Source: Parcubacteria group bacterium (GTDB taxonomy: Bacteria; Patescibacteriota; Minisyncoccia; Phycocordibacterales; Phycocordibacteraceae). From it: a stretch of DNA of 64,000 nt. A program made the translations under genes and the position numbers. The stretch is taken from positions 60,219 through 124,218 of the forward strand of contig JAQBRE010000002.1 in the NCBI GenBank assembly GCA_028286605.1, in the 5' to 3' direction. Each line of letters begins with the position of its first letter. The first letter of the stretch is position 1. A model generated the notes under the pieces. The model did not search any database. It worked only from the letters and a program-made list of their open reading frames with translations, and had not been told where the DNA came from. Of this stretch, positions 46,043 through 56,527 are shown piece after piece.

Positions 46043-47608
46043 TTATATGCTCGTGCTGCAGAGTCCTGAAAGCGTCGTGTAGAGCGAAGTAGTGCTGCCC
46101 ACGGCGGGATTACTTTGTATTTGAGCATCAATACTATCAGTGGTCTGTATATATCCGCCTGTTGTGGTGGCAATAAGGTTCTGGTATTGCGTGGATACCG
46201 CAGCAAGTACTGAAGGATCGGTGGAAGCTGCCGCTGCGTTTGCTGCGGTGCTTATAGTGGTGAGCGCACTGACGGCAGCGTTCCCGCGAGCAATATTCGT
46301 GTTTGACAACGTCAGCGCTGCCGCAACCTTTGGATCAGAGCTTATGCAGCTCCGTGCAATTGATTGGAGTTTCTGCCAATTGGCAAGATATGCTTGCGCC
46401 GTTCCAATATCGTTCGTCACGCTTTGTACGAACCCTGCAGCAAGACCCGGCTGTGCATACTGCGAAGGGTTTGTCGCTTGAGCAAGCGGTGATAGGCCAC
46501 CACCCGCAGAAGGTTGTGAAACACCAGAGAGACCAACGGCGCCCACCACCTGAGTTACGAGCTGGCTTGCAAGCGCGCCAACGATTTCATTTATGGAATT
46601 AGCGAGCTCAAGCTGACGAAGAGGAGATGTGGCCGTTATGCCGAGCGTGTTTTCAATAACCGTACCCGGTGTTCTGATGGAGTTGGAAGTGCAGTTATCT
46701 GCGCTGCTAAGGGACGTTAGGGAGGAGGTGTCGACATTGCTGAGTGAGCCGCCACTGTAATCAACGCTGCCATCAGCGTTAGTGGGAACACTGAGAGGAC
46801 CGTTAAGTGCTGATGGGTCTGTTATTTTTGTCGTTACGGGACCTATACCAGATGAAGTTTTTGATGCGGTGGACGTACAAGAACCACGCCATGACATGAA
46901 GCCCTTTCCCCAGTTCAATTCATTCAAACGATTCGTGGTTGCTGCATAGACCGTCGCATTAAGCGCTTGCTGTTGTGAGTAGGCTGCACCATAAGGATTG
47001 TTCTGATTGTTTCCAACCGCGGCGAACCATGCATTGAAGCCGCCATTCGATGCGAATTTGCCAGCCAGGAAGCCTGCAGGATTATTGCTGAATTGGTTAA
47101 GACTATACCCGCCAGTCACTGATCTTCCGGTGGAACTGTAATACTCGTTGCGCAAACCCTGCGAGACCACATCCTGGAATGGTGACTTCACTCCCCCGCT
47201 CGTATTATTAGCAATCGCATTAAAGAAGCTATTTGCAACCCCATCGCTCACACCCAGAAGATTCTGATTAATGTTCGTTACGAATGAAGGCGAGCCGTTG
47301 AAACCAGAATTAATCCAGGTAATCATACTCTTCGTAATAGCCTGAATAACAGCTTTTGCGACGGCCCACGCAATACCGTTCAATATTTTTGTTATGACTG
47401 TTTGCGCCGTGGTATTACCTGCAGTAATACCAGCAGGGACTGCTGTAGCGCTAATGGCAGCAAGGACAGCAACATCAGTAACCGGAAGCTGCGCATGTGC
47501 GTATTCAACAGAGTCTGGAAGTATAGGAGCAAAACTCAATGTACAAACAAGCATCAAACAGCTAGCCGCAATGCCGAGACGAACGGATGTTTTTCGGTAG
47601 AGGCTCAT
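46043..47608 (-). CDS. Secreted T4SS-locus protein
   Basis: Signal peptide, WINSGFNGSPSFV, GKGFMSW, TPG. Confidence 0.75.
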   Translation of the reverse strand: MSLYRKTSVRLGIAASCLMLVCTLSFAPILPDSVEYAHAQLPVTDVAVLAAISATAVPAGITAGNTTAQTVITKILNGIAWAVAKAVIQAITKSMITWINSGFNGSPSFVTNINQNLLGVSDGVANSFFNAIANNTSGGVKSPFQDVVSQGLRNEYYSSTGRSVTGGYSLNQFSNNPAGFLAGKFASNGGFNAWFAAVGNNQNNPYGAAYSQQQALNATVYAATTNRLNELNWGKGFMSWRGSCTSTASKTSSGIGPVTTKITDPSALNGPLSVPTNADGSVDYSGGSLSNVDTSSLTSLSSADNCTSNSIRTPGTVIENTLGITATSPLRQLELANSINEIVGALASQLVTQVVGAVGLSGVSQPSAGGGLSPLAQATNPSQYAQPGLAAGFVQSVTNDIGTAQAYLANWQKLQSIARSCISSDPKVAAALTLSNTNIARGNAAVSALTTISTAANAAAASTDPSVLAAVSTQYQNLIATTTGGYIQTTDSIDAQIQSNPAVGSTTSLYTTLSGLCSTSI

Positions 47609-48627
47609 TGTGTTTGAGAAGCGCGCGCGACGCTTACGATCAGTGCGCCAGGTGTGCCTGGTGCAGGCTCTCCACCACTAGCGATGATTGCCTGCGCGAG
47701 GCTTTGAAATGTTGTGACGATAGTCTGCGATGTTGGTACGTAGAGCGAGAGTGATCCGAGAACTGCAAGCGGATCTTTACTGTAATTATTCACGGCGTTT
47801 GTTGAGCGCGCGAGCGTATCGAACGATTGCACGAGCGCGAGGTGCTGTGCGGCAAGTGCGGGCGGAACGGGCACTTGGATAAGATCTTTCGTGATTTTTG
47901 TATACGAAGCACCAAGCACGACAAGCTGCGCTTGTGCTTTCGTATCATTGTTCTGAAGGAATCCCTGCATGAGCGGTACCGGTTCAGCACTGCCCGAAGT
48001 AACATCATCCGAACGGAACACTTGTTCTATTGCTGCGGCATATCCAAGGACGGTCGCTGTTGGTGACACATGTATAGAAATGGAGGTATAGGGAGAAATA
48101 AGAAGCGCGCTCGCTTTCTTGCTGTAGCTCGCAAGAAGCTGCGTTTCTAGTGCCTGTTGCTGGGTATCGGTAAGCGCGCTGCCGTCGCCACTGGCTGCCT
48201 CAAAATCCTGCATGAACTCCTGACCGAACTGATCGGTGAGGCTGCCTGGTGCTGGGTCGGGGCCAGGAACTTCCGAACCAGCGTCAGCAGGATTTATGGG
48301 TGTGTCTTGTACGGGAGTAGGAACAGATGCAGAAGTTTTCGGCGTAACGAGACCCTTGCTTACCGCTTCGCTGTCGGTGAGCGTTGCGCTAACAGAGTGC
48401 GCATTGTTGGGATCAGTACCGTAGAGCGCTTCTTGCCAGTCCGGCAAGCCGTCGTTATCAGAATCTTTCGCTGAGTATGCTTTGAGTAGCTCATCAGTAG
48501 ATTGCGCGTTCGCGATCTTGCTTGAGAAAAACGGGACGGGCCCTGAAGAAATGTAGGCGCAGCCAACGAGCACCACTGAAAGTGCAGAGGCTGCGATGAT
48601 ACGGACCGTTCGAGAAGAAAACGCCAT
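47605..48627 (-). CDS. Membrane-anchored protein with a thrombospondin-3-like Ca-binding motif
   Basis: DSDNDGLPDWQE..YGTDP. Confidence 0.75.
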   Translation of the reverse strand: MAFSSRTVRIIAASALSVVLVGCAYISSGPVPFFSSKIANAQSTDELLKAYSAKDSDNDGLPDWQEALYGTDPNNAHSVSATLTDSEAVSKGLVTPKTSASVPTPVQDTPINPADAGSEVPGPDPAPGSLTDQFGQEFMQDFEAASGDGSALTDTQQQALETQLLASYSKKASALLISPYTSISIHVSPTATVLGYAAAIEQVFRSDDVTSGSAEPVPLMQGFLQNNDTKAQAQLVVLGASYTKITKDLIQVPVPPALAAQHLALVQSFDTLARSTNAVNNYSKDPLAVLGSLSLYVPTSQTIVTTFQSLAQAIIASGGEPAPGTPGALIVSVARASQTQ

Positions 48628-48704
48628 AATTACTAAGCAAATAGTACCATGAGCGCTGCGTGAAGCAGCGCTCAACCATATATGGTGTGTATTACTTTCG
48701 TAGC

Positions 48705-49493
48705 TTATGCGAGAAACTCCGCGAGTCTTCGCCACGTGCCAAGTGAAACGTCTTCCGGACGGATGTCTTTATTCAGTGCAGCACTCTCGAAGGCACTCGC
48801 GATACGTTCTGCAGGCGCGACGACCTCAAGATTCTTCGCCAATCGCTTTCGTTTATGGGCAAAGCCCGCACGAAGTATGGAAAAGAAGGCTTCTTCCTGG
48901 CCAGGCTTGGAAAACATGGCCGGATCGATGTCTCGGATGGCGAGAACAGCGGAATCGACGTTGGGCGCGGGGCGGAACGCCCCGCGCGGTACGGTAAAGC
49001 AGTATTCAGGCCGTCCGAAGACCTTCACGGCCAGCGAAAGCAGGCTTTCCTTCTTGCTACGGGCGATACGCTCAGCCACCTCCTTCTGAACGAGAAGTGT
49101 CATAGAGGCTGGCTTATGTGTTGCGGTAAGGAACGCGCGGATAATCTCACCGGTGATGTAGTACGGAATGTTCGCAATCAGGTGGTACTCCCCTTTTATG
49201 GTCGAAGGATCGAATTCACGAACGTCGCCATGAATGAGTTTGAGCGATCCGTTCGCGATTTCTGTGGCGAACGTCTCTTCGAGCTGCGGCGCAAGCGTGT
49301 CGTCTGCTTCTATGGCAATGACGTTTTTTACATGCGTACTCGCGAGCAGTGCGCGCGTAAGCATACCGGTACCGGGACCGATCTCGAATACGGTTGCGCC
49401 TTCGGGCAGCTTCGCTACGTCTACGATACGCTCCGCTATTTGCGGATGCATCAGGAAGTTCTGACCGAGGGATTTCTTCGCGATGAATGCCAT
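48705..49493 (-). CDS. rsmA: 16S rRNA dimethyladenosine transferase
   Basis: KKSLGQNFL, EIGPGTG, ANIPYYIT, QKEVA, P.P.VDS. Confidence 0.96.
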   Translation of the reverse strand: MAFIAKKSLGQNFLMHPQIAERIVDVAKLPEGATVFEIGPGTGMLTRALLASTHVKNVIAIEADDTLAPQLEETFATEIANGSLKLIHGDVREFDPSTIKGEYHLIANIPYYITGEIIRAFLTATHKPASMTLLVQKEVAERIARSKKESLLSLAVKVFGRPEYCFTVPRGAFRPAPNVDSAVLAIRDIDPAMFSKPGQEEAFFSILRAGFAHKRKRLAKNLEVVAPAERIASAFESAALNKDIRPEDVSLGTWRRLAEFLA

Positions 49494-49500
49494 GACTCTA

Positions 49501-51456
49501 TTATGCCTCGATAATCTCTTCCGGACCGAACGCACCAGCATCGACGAAATGCGTGAGCCCTGGATCAATGTCTCGAATGAATTGCGAAGGCTCGGACATG
49601 AAATCAGTTCCGTAGATGCGGCGAATGTGCGCGAGCGTAAGGAACAATCGTTTCTTCGCGCGTGTTATCGCGACGTAGAACAAACGGCGCTCCTCTTCTT
49701 CATCACGCTCCTCGTCATTCCCCATGCCTTCGTGCGGGAAGAGTCCTTCTTCTAGGCCGGTAACGAACACCGCATCGAACTCCAACCCTTTCGCTGCGTG
49801 CACGGTCATCAACGTAACGCCTGGCTTCTTTTCTTTACGATCACTCCCTTCAATTCCTTGGGGCCGATCCATTTCATCCTGATCGCCAGCAAGCGCGGCG
49901 TCTGCAAGGAATGCAGCAATGCCTTCCATACCCGGCAATTCATCGTGACGGCTCGCAAGCGTCGCAAGCTCTTTCACGTTCTCTAATCGCTCCTGCCCAT
50001 CTTCTCCTTCTTTAAGCAGTGCAGATTCCATGCCGCTTTTTTCAATGACGAGTTTTACGAATGCAGATGGCAGCGATGTTTCTGCAAGCGAACGCAAACC
50101 CTGCACGACGGCCTCAAAGCTATCTACTTTAGCTTTATCAGCGGCACGTAATTCATCACGCTTCCCCGCCACGAGCTTGCCGAGCGTAACTTTTCCGATA
50201 CCGCGCGGCGGAGATTGCACAGCGCGCATGCGGTCCGCTTCCCTATCCGGTTCAAGCGCCAAGCGTATCCATGCAAGAACATCCTTCACTTCTTTTCGAT
50301 CGAAGAATCGCGTGCCAAGAAGCTTGTATGGAATGTTGCACGCAAGGAACGCTTCTTCGAGTCCGCGGCTTTGGAAGTTCGTACGAAACAGTACGGCAAT
50401 TTCTTCTGGCTTCGTACCGCGTTCAATCAGTCGGCGGCATTCGCGCGCAATCCATAACCCTTCTGCCTCTGCATTCATTGCAGGATGGATCGTGATGCGC
50501 TCACCGTCTGCATTATTCGTGACGGCATGCTTCTCTTTACGATTCTTGTTGTGCTCGATGATCTGATTCGCTGCCTCGACGATCGTCTTCGTGGAACGAT
50601 AATTATGTTCGAGCACGATGTGCTGCGCACCTTCGTATGTCTCTTCGAACTTCAGCAGGTTATCGATCGTCGCACCGCGCCAGGTATAAATAGATTGATC
50701 GATGTCCCCCACTACGAAGATGTTGCGACGATCGCCCGCGATGTACTGTGCAAGCTTTCCCTGCAGCTCATTCGTATCCTGATACTCATCGATGTGCAGA
50801 TAGTGGAATCGTTCCTGTACTTTCGCACGAATATCTTGGTGATCCCGCAGCAGGTGCATTGGCAATACGATGAGGTCGTCGAAGTCGAGAGATTTCTCTT
50901 TCTTGAGGGTCTCTTCATAGCGTGTCCATGCATCTGCGGTTATGCGCGAACGGAAACTTTCGCGCCCGTGCTTCTCACGGAACTGTGCAAGCGTCTGCCC
51001 TTCTCCCTTCGCTTTGGAAATACGCGAAAGGATTGCATTAGGCGGTACTTCTTTCGGGTCTACATCCATCGCTTTCAATGCTTCGCGTATCGCGCTTTTG
51101 GAATCGTCGCGATCGAAGATGCTGAAATAGCGCGGCACACCTATAACACTGCCGTAGGTCTGGAGTAATTCGCGGCCAAGGCCGTGGAACGTTGCGACGA
51201 ATGGCAGCGGACTGTCCGGAAGACGCTGCATAAGGCGTTCGCGCATCTCACGGGCTGCCTTGTTGGTGAAGGTGACGGCAAGAATCTTATCGGCAGGCAC
51301 GCCCTGGCGTATAAGGTGGTAGATACGGGTCGTAAGGACAGCCGTCTTGCCGGACCCGGCGCCCGCGAGCACGGAAACCGGGCCGGTTGTGGTGAGTACT
51401 GCTTCTTTCTGGCGAGGGTTCAGGTGTGAAACGTACTCGGGCTGCAAATGATCCAT
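49501..51456 (-). CDS. pcrA: UvrD/PcrA helicase
   Basis: AGAGSGKT, TFTNKAA, DEYQD, NYRS, HAAKGLEF, EERRLFYV. Confidence 0.95.
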   Translation of the reverse strand: MDHLQPEYVSHLNPRQKEAVLTTTGPVSVLAGAGSGKTAVLTTRIYHLIRQGVPADKILAVTFTNKAAREMRERLMQRLPDSPLPFVATFHGLGRELLQTYGSVIGVPRYFSIFDRDDSKSAIREALKAMDVDPKEVPPNAILSRISKAKGEGQTLAQFREKHGRESFRSRITADAWTRYEETLKKEKSLDFDDLIVLPMHLLRDHQDIRAKVQERFHYLHIDEYQDTNELQGKLAQYIAGDRRNIFVVGDIDQSIYTWRGATIDNLLKFEETYEGAQHIVLEHNYRSTKTIVEAANQIIEHNKNRKEKHAVTNNADGERITIHPAMNAEAEGLWIARECRRLIERGTKPEEIAVLFRTNFQSRGLEEAFLACNIPYKLLGTRFFDRKEVKDVLAWIRLALEPDREADRMRAVQSPPRGIGKVTLGKLVAGKRDELRAADKAKVDSFEAVVQGLRSLAETSLPSAFVKLVIEKSGMESALLKEGEDGQERLENVKELATLASRHDELPGMEGIAAFLADAALAGDQDEMDRPQGIEGSDRKEKKPGVTLMTVHAAKGLEFDAVFVTGLEEGLFPHEGMGNDEERDEEEERRLFYVAITRAKKRLFLTLAHIRRIYGTDFMSEPSQFIRDIDPGLTHFVDAGAFGPEEIIEA

Positions 51457-51567
51457 CTGCTCACTATAGCAAAGTGCTTCTCCCCAGGTAAAATCAGGCA
51501 TATTTTTTGACTTTTTGTCAGAATTCATGTCTTGTTCACCTTACACACAGGTACCTTGTCAACCCGT

Positions 51568-51595
51568 TGACCGCCCCTAGGGGGCGGGTATACTT
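51568..51595 (+). promoter_or_regulatory. Promoter of the LysM-M23 gene with a palindromic spacer
   Basis: TTGACC-N16-TATACT; CCGCCCC-TAG-GGGGCGG inverted repeat between the boxes. Confidence 0.6.
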
Positions 51596-51687
51596 ACGAG
51601 GTTGTTAGATACTGTTGTACTCAAGAAGTGGCCTAGGTAAGCCATTTTTGTATTCTGAAGATTGACTGAAGATCCCTCCGCCCACGT

Positions 51688-52899
51688 ATTTCTTTTCACT
51701 CTGATTCTTCCGATAAGGCGCCACGGGGCACGAACCGGAACCCATATAGTGCATTCCTTGCAGTAATCGCTCTGATAGCTCTTGGAACCGGCGCATATCT
51801 CTTTTTTCCGCAGGCAGCGAATGCCTTCTGGCCTTTCGCTAAGGCTAGTGCGAGCGAGCCCTCCCTGCCATTGCTGCATGATCCGAGCCTGGATCTTCTT
51901 CAGGCAGCCATAAATTCAGACCCGAACCCTTCGCAGGGTCTCGTAGACCTTGCTCTCTCTGATAATTCTGCCCTTATGGCTGAAACAGGCCCCGATGGAA
52001 GCATTCCAGACACCACGACTGGATCTGATGATCCTTCTGCAGCTAATTCTGGCGGTAGCATTTCCGTATATGTAGTTAAAGATGGCGATTCTCTCTCTGA
52101 AATCGCTGCAAAGTATGGCGTAACGATGAATACCATCCTTTGGGCAAACGATATAAAGGATCCGAAGACCATTCATGCAGGCACATCACTCATTATCTTG
52201 CCAGTATCGGGTATCGAGCACACGGTAACGAATGGTGAAACGTTGAACGGTATTGCAACTAAGTACGGCGCGAATGCTGATGACATAGCATCGTTTAATG
52301 GTCTTGATAGCAACGCTACCGTTACTTCAGGTCAGAAGCTGATTATTCCTGGCGGCGAGCTTTCCGCAGGCGTAACTCCTACGAAATCGACTTCTACCAC
52401 CAAATCCTCCACGTCTTCAACCAAGACGACCACGAAGAGTTCCTCTTCAATAAAGACCGGCGGAAGTCTTGCGGACGTGCAGGCTAATCCGTATCGCGGC
52501 GGCAGCGGTGCTCCGCTTAATGGATATTTCGGTAATCCCGTGCCAGGCGCGATCGTAACGCAGGGTATACACGGCTGGAATGGCATAGACCTTGGTGCTC
52601 CTTCAGGCACGCCGATTTACGCAGCAGCAGCAGGAAGCGTTATCGTATCGAAAGTAGGCGGATATAACGGCGGCTATGGTAGCTATGTGGTTATCGACCA
52701 CGGAAATGGCACGCAGACGCTCTACGCGCACTTCTCCAGCATCATCGTTTCTGTGGGCCAAAGCGTTACGAAGGGAGAAAAGCTCGGCGGCGTGGGAATG
52801 ACGGGTGACGCAACTGGTAATCACCTGCACTTCGAGGTTCGTGGCGCCCGCAACCCATTCGCAGACTGTACCTTGATGAAGGCGTGTTCTCCTGAGTAA
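51688..52899 (+). CDS. LysM x2 plus M23 peptidoglycan endopeptidase; start uncertain (first canonical start 51871)
   Basis: Two LysM repeats, HGWNGID, YAH, HLHFE; the frame is open from 51670 and encodes a TM/signal before 51871. Confidence 0.85.
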   Translation: MSFHSDSSDKAPRGTNRNPYSAFLAVIALIALGTGAYLFFPQAANAFWPFAKASASEPSLPLLHDPSLDLLQAAINSDPNPSQGLVDLALSDNSALMAETGPDGSIPDTTTGSDDPSAANSGGSISVYVVKDGDSLSEIAAKYGVTMNTILWANDIKDPKTIHAGTSLIILPVSGIEHTVTNGETLNGIATKYGANADDIASFNGLDSNATVTSGQKLIIPGGELSAGVTPTKSTSTTKSSTSSTKTTTKSSSSIKTGGSLADVQANPYRGGSGAPLNGYFGNPVPGAIVTQGIHGWNGIDLGAPSGTPIYAAAAGSVIVSKVGGYNGGYGSYVVIDHGNGTQTLYAHFSSIIVSVGQSVTKGEKLGGVGMTGDATGNHLHFEVRGARNPFADCTLMKACSPE

Positions 52900-52900
52900 C

Positions 52901-54424
52901 CTACTCGAAACCGAAGAGGCCACGCGGCCGATACTGAAGGGCTTCGCTTATATGCGAAGCCTCTACCGTGTCTGAACTGGCGAGATCTGCGATCGTTCGC
53001 GCAACACGCATCACGCGGTGATATGAGCGTGCAGAGAATCCAAGTTTTCCGCTTGCCGCTATAAGCACTTCCCTGCTCTTTTGCGAGAATGCACCTGATT
53101 GTTCTAATTCACGTGCAGAGACCAGTGCATTTACTTTACTGTCGAAGCGAAGTGCAGAGCGGGTTCGTGCTGCACGAACCCGCTCCCGTACTATCTCCGA
53201 CGACTCTCCCGTCAAGAATGAAGCAAGGTCTTCCACTGCAATACGCGGAACCTCAATCCACATATCAAGACGGTCTGCGATAGGGCGTGAAATCTTTCTT
53301 GCCTGCTTGAGTGCTGCTTGCACAATTACCGCCGCATCTCCGGCAAGCGTTTCTGCAGGATTCATCGCTACAACGACCATGCAGTCTGCAGGAAACGTTA
53401 CGCTTCCCTTCGTACGCGCGATGGCAACGATCCTATCTTCAAGCGGCTGACGCAATGCTTCAAGCGTGCGCGTATCGAATTCAGGAAACTCATCCAGAAA
53501 GAGTACGCCTTTGTGCGCGAGCGTTACTTCCCCGGGTTTCGGGTACGCACCGCCACCGATGACGGCCGTGTGTGAAACGCTATGATGCGGTGCACGGAAC
53601 GGCGGCCAATAGACCGCTTCTTCTTTTAAGATGCCGGCCGCTGAATGTATCGATGTAACCTCAAGTGCTTCCTCGTCAGTGAGGGACGGAAGAATGCCAG
53701 GGAGTGCGCGGGCGAGCATCGTCTTGCCTGTTCCTGGCGGCCCGTACAGCACAAGATTATGACGGCCCGCCGCTGCTATCTCGAGCGCACGCTTCGCACT
53801 CTCCTGTCCTTTTATGTTCGCAAGATCAATTGCGATCAGCGGAGGCGCAAGCAATGAACGTTCTATTCGTTGGTACGGTTTCAACAACGCATCGCCATTC
53901 AAATGATCAACGATTGCACGCAACGAAGGCACGGCATACACGCAGACGTCATGCGCAAGCGCAGCCTCTGCCGCATTTCCAGGTGGAACGAATACGGTAT
54001 AGATGTCCTGTGCGCGTGCTGCGAGTACCTGCGGCAGAATGCCGGAAACGCTTCGCACTTTCCCATCAAGTGCCAGTTCACCAGCGAATATGCACGGTTC
54101 CTCTGGAAGCGTAATTTCACCTGCCGCAGCTAAATAACAAAGCGCGAGTGGTACGTCATAATGCGCACCTTCTTTCTTAAGGCTTGCCGGCGAAAGCGAA
54201 AGAATTATCCGACGGTTCGTCGCTTTCGGTGATTTGAATCCGCTGTGACGTATGGCTGCGGCAATGCGGTCACGCGCTTCCTCAACTGCTTTGTCCGCCA
54301 GCCCAACTATTGAGAACGCATGCAATCCGCGCGACAGATCTGCTTCGATAGTTATAAGTTCTGCACCGGCACCGGTCGGCTGTGCGGCAAAAAGCGTTGC
54401 GTACCCTGCTTTTGGTTGTTCCAT
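52901..54424 (-). CDS. comM: YifB/ComM Mg-chelatase-like AAA+ ATPase
   Basis: [36 protein letters not shown]. Confidence 0.92.
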   Translation of the reverse strand: MEQPKAGYATLFAAQPTGAGAELITIEADLSRGLHAFSIVGLADKAVEEARDRIAAAIRHSGFKSPKATNRRIILSLSPASLKKEGAHYDVPLALCYLAAAGEITLPEEPCIFAGELALDGKVRSVSGILPQVLAARAQDIYTVFVPPGNAAEAALAHDVCVYAVPSLRAIVDHLNGDALLKPYQRIERSLLAPPLIAIDLANIKGQESAKRALEIAAAGRHNLVLYGPPGTGKTMLARALPGILPSLTDEEALEVTSIHSAAGILKEEAVYWPPFRAPHHSVSHTAVIGGGAYPKPGEVTLAHKGVLFLDEFPEFDTRTLEALRQPLEDRIVAIARTKGSVTFPADCMVVVAMNPAETLAGDAAVIVQAALKQARKISRPIADRLDMWIEVPRIAVEDLASFLTGESSEIVRERVRAARTRSALRFDSKVNALVSARELEQSGAFSQKSREVLIAASGKLGFSARSYHRVMRVARTIADLASSDTVEASHISEALQYRPRGLFGFE

Positions 54425-54502
54425 ATAGCTAAGGGTATAGAAAAACACTCGCGAACCGGTAGGTTCGCGAGTGGAAAAGCCTGTATCGGCTTTATAAAAA
54501 CT

Positions 54503-54868
54503 TTATGTGCTTAGGTGAGCCTTGCAGGTGCGTGCTGCAGGGTCTGCATTCAAGCGCTCTTCTTCTATGTCTTCGCCTGAAACTTCGCAGACGCCGTAGG
54601 TGCCGGCATCGATGCGTGCGAGCGCAGCGAGCACGTCATTGTAGCGAATCTCTAAATCCTTCAGGATAGCCGTGTTGTCTTCGAAATGCGTGATAAGGTC
54701 TGCGCGATCGTTAGGATCAGCTTCCTGTCCTACTTCCTGCGGAACCGCTTCCCAATCATTAGGATTGGTAGGGTTACGGCGGCCGACGCTCTGCAATTCG
54801 TTTTCTAATGTCGCTTTCTCTTCATCAAGACGGGCACGATACGTAGTGGTTTCAATCATTGTCGACAT
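54503..54868 (-). CDS. TraR/DksA family protein
   Basis: ALARIDAGTYGVCEVSGEDIEEERL.A.P.ARTC. Confidence 0.9.
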   Translation of the reverse strand: MSTMIETTTYRARLDEEKATLENELQSVGRRNPTNPNDWEAVPQEVGQEADPNDRADLITHFEDNTAILKDLEIRYNDVLAALARIDAGTYGVCEVSGEDIEEERLNADPAARTCKAHLST

Positions 54869-54911
54869 TCTAGCACAAGCAGATTCTTGGTGCAGCGAGC
54901 TCCCTTCTCAC

Positions 54912-56450
54912 CTAATTTCCATTCGCGGCACTCAACCGATTCAGAAGAGCAGCAAATGCAGCCTCATTCTTCGCGATAATAAGCGTCTGCTTGTCGCGAT
55001 AGCCATATATGAGAACCGTCTGATTTGTACTGTCCTTAAGAATGCGCACATCATGATTCGCCACGGTCGCGTCAATGAAATGCGGCGCCGTAATCACCTG
55101 GGGTGCGGTGCTCGTTCCTACGGGCGCCGCTGACGACATCGGATAGAGCGCTGCAAGATCGCTACCCATAGTCGGTTCCCAGCCAAGCATGCCTGCAAAC
55201 GTGCGCTCATACGAAGTAACATCCAAGATAAAGAATGGAGCGCTCGTACCGCTCACTCGTATCGTACCCACCGTACTGGAGTCATCAATGTTTCGAACAA
55301 GAATGTCTGGTGCGTGCGCGAATATCTGTTTGATGATCGAACCGCCTGGCTGCGGCGTCTTGATGATTCCTGCCTTGCCACTCGTCGTCGTAACGATGTA
55401 GGTAACCGTTATGCTTCCTTCAGTAGACGGTTGCTGCGCAACCTGCACGATGGCCTGTGCGTAGGAAGGCGAATCGCTTGGAATTTCCACCTTCTGGTCT
55501 GCGAATATGAGAGACGGCACCGTGAACGGCGTAGCGATAGGAGAACGCAGTACGACGAACCAATACGCGCTCGCGAGGCCCCCAATTCCCAAAATAACCA
55601 ACAGCACGCCGCCCAAGATGGCCGGTATATTGCTCTTCTTCTTTGATTTCAATACTGCAGGCTTCGGTGTGTTAACGCGTGGGTCACGAGAATCGCTTTG
55701 CGCAGCAAGAACCGAAAAGGTCGAGGCCTTTTCTGAATCTATATGATCTGCAAAGTCGCTCTTGAATGTATGAAGATTGGTCGCTGCCGGTGCTGGTTTT
55801 GGTGCCGTTGGTTTTGGTTCATGATGAAAAAAGTCTGAGAGGGTGTGATGCGGCTCAGCAGGTTTCGGCGATGGTGCCGGAGGCGTGTACGCAGGCGTGG
55901 GTGCTGGCACAGGTTCCGGTTGGTGTGGAGCGGGCTGCGTGAATGCTTGCGGCGCTGGCGGCGGCATGGGTAACGGAGCGGGAGCCGGCGCAGGAACATA
56001 GACGGGAGCGGGTGTCGGTGTCGCAACCGATACGGTCGGTAGCGGTGCTGCAGGTGCCGGAACTGATGTTACCGATGAGGTCGGTACGAATGGAGCTGGT
56101 TCGCCATGCACGCGCGTGCGAAGTCGAGAAAGGATCTCGGCCCGTTTCTCCTTGCTCATCTCAGGCGAAGCAAGATTCAGGTTATCTACCGTGTCTTCTT
56201 TGGTTATTGAAAGGATTTCATCTTGAAGTTCATGTGGCGAATCTGAATCTTTGCGTACGCCCTGTTGCTGAGACGTGTCTATCTCAGCGAACGCCACTCC
56301 AGGAGTAGGTGCTTCTTTCGCAGGCGTAACGCGCCCCGCCTGCGTGCCGGTTAAGCGTGCGACATCTTTCGCGTACGTGCGGATATACGGAGTCGGATCC
56401 GCAGGTGCGGTCGGAGTATGCGGTACCGATGTGACGTGGTCGTCTGCCAT
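54912..56450 (-). CDS. Pro-rich single-pass membrane protein
   Basis: IRTYAKD, Pro-rich linker, TM, FAGMLGWE, N.DVRIL. Confidence 0.75.
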   Translation of the reverse strand: MADDHVTSVPHTPTAPADPTPYIRTYAKDVARLTGTQAGRVTPAKEAPTPGVAFAEIDTSQQQGVRKDSDSPHELQDEILSITKEDTVDNLNLASPEMSKEKRAEILSRLRTRVHGEPAPFVPTSSVTSVPAPAAPLPTVSVATPTPAPVYVPAPAPAPLPMPPPAPQAFTQPAPHQPEPVPAPTPAYTPPAPSPKPAEPHHTLSDFFHHEPKPTAPKPAPAATNLHTFKSDFADHIDSEKASTFSVLAAQSDSRDPRVNTPKPAVLKSKKKSNIPAILGGVLLVILGIGGLASAYWFVVLRSPIATPFTVPSLIFADQKVEIPSDSPSYAQAIVQVAQQPSTEGSITVTYIVTTTSGKAGIIKTPQPGGSIIKQIFAHAPDILVRNIDDSSTVGTIRVSGTSAPFFILDVTSYERTFAGMLGWEPTMGSDLAALYPMSSAAPVGTSTAPQVITAPHFIDATVANHDVRILKDSTNQTVLIYGYRDKQTLIIAKNEAAFAALLNRLSAANGN

Positions 56451-56466
56451 GAGCTATGTTCATTGT

Positions 56467-56500
56467 ACACGCCGCGCGGCCCTAGGGCCGCGCGGCGTGT
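56467..56500. repeat. Perfect 34-bp GC-rich palindrome
   Basis: ACACGCCGCGCGGCCCT|AGGGCCGCGCGGCGTGT. Confidence 0.85.
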
Positions 56501-56527
56501 GAGTATACTTCCCTCTTTGTGTGCGAT

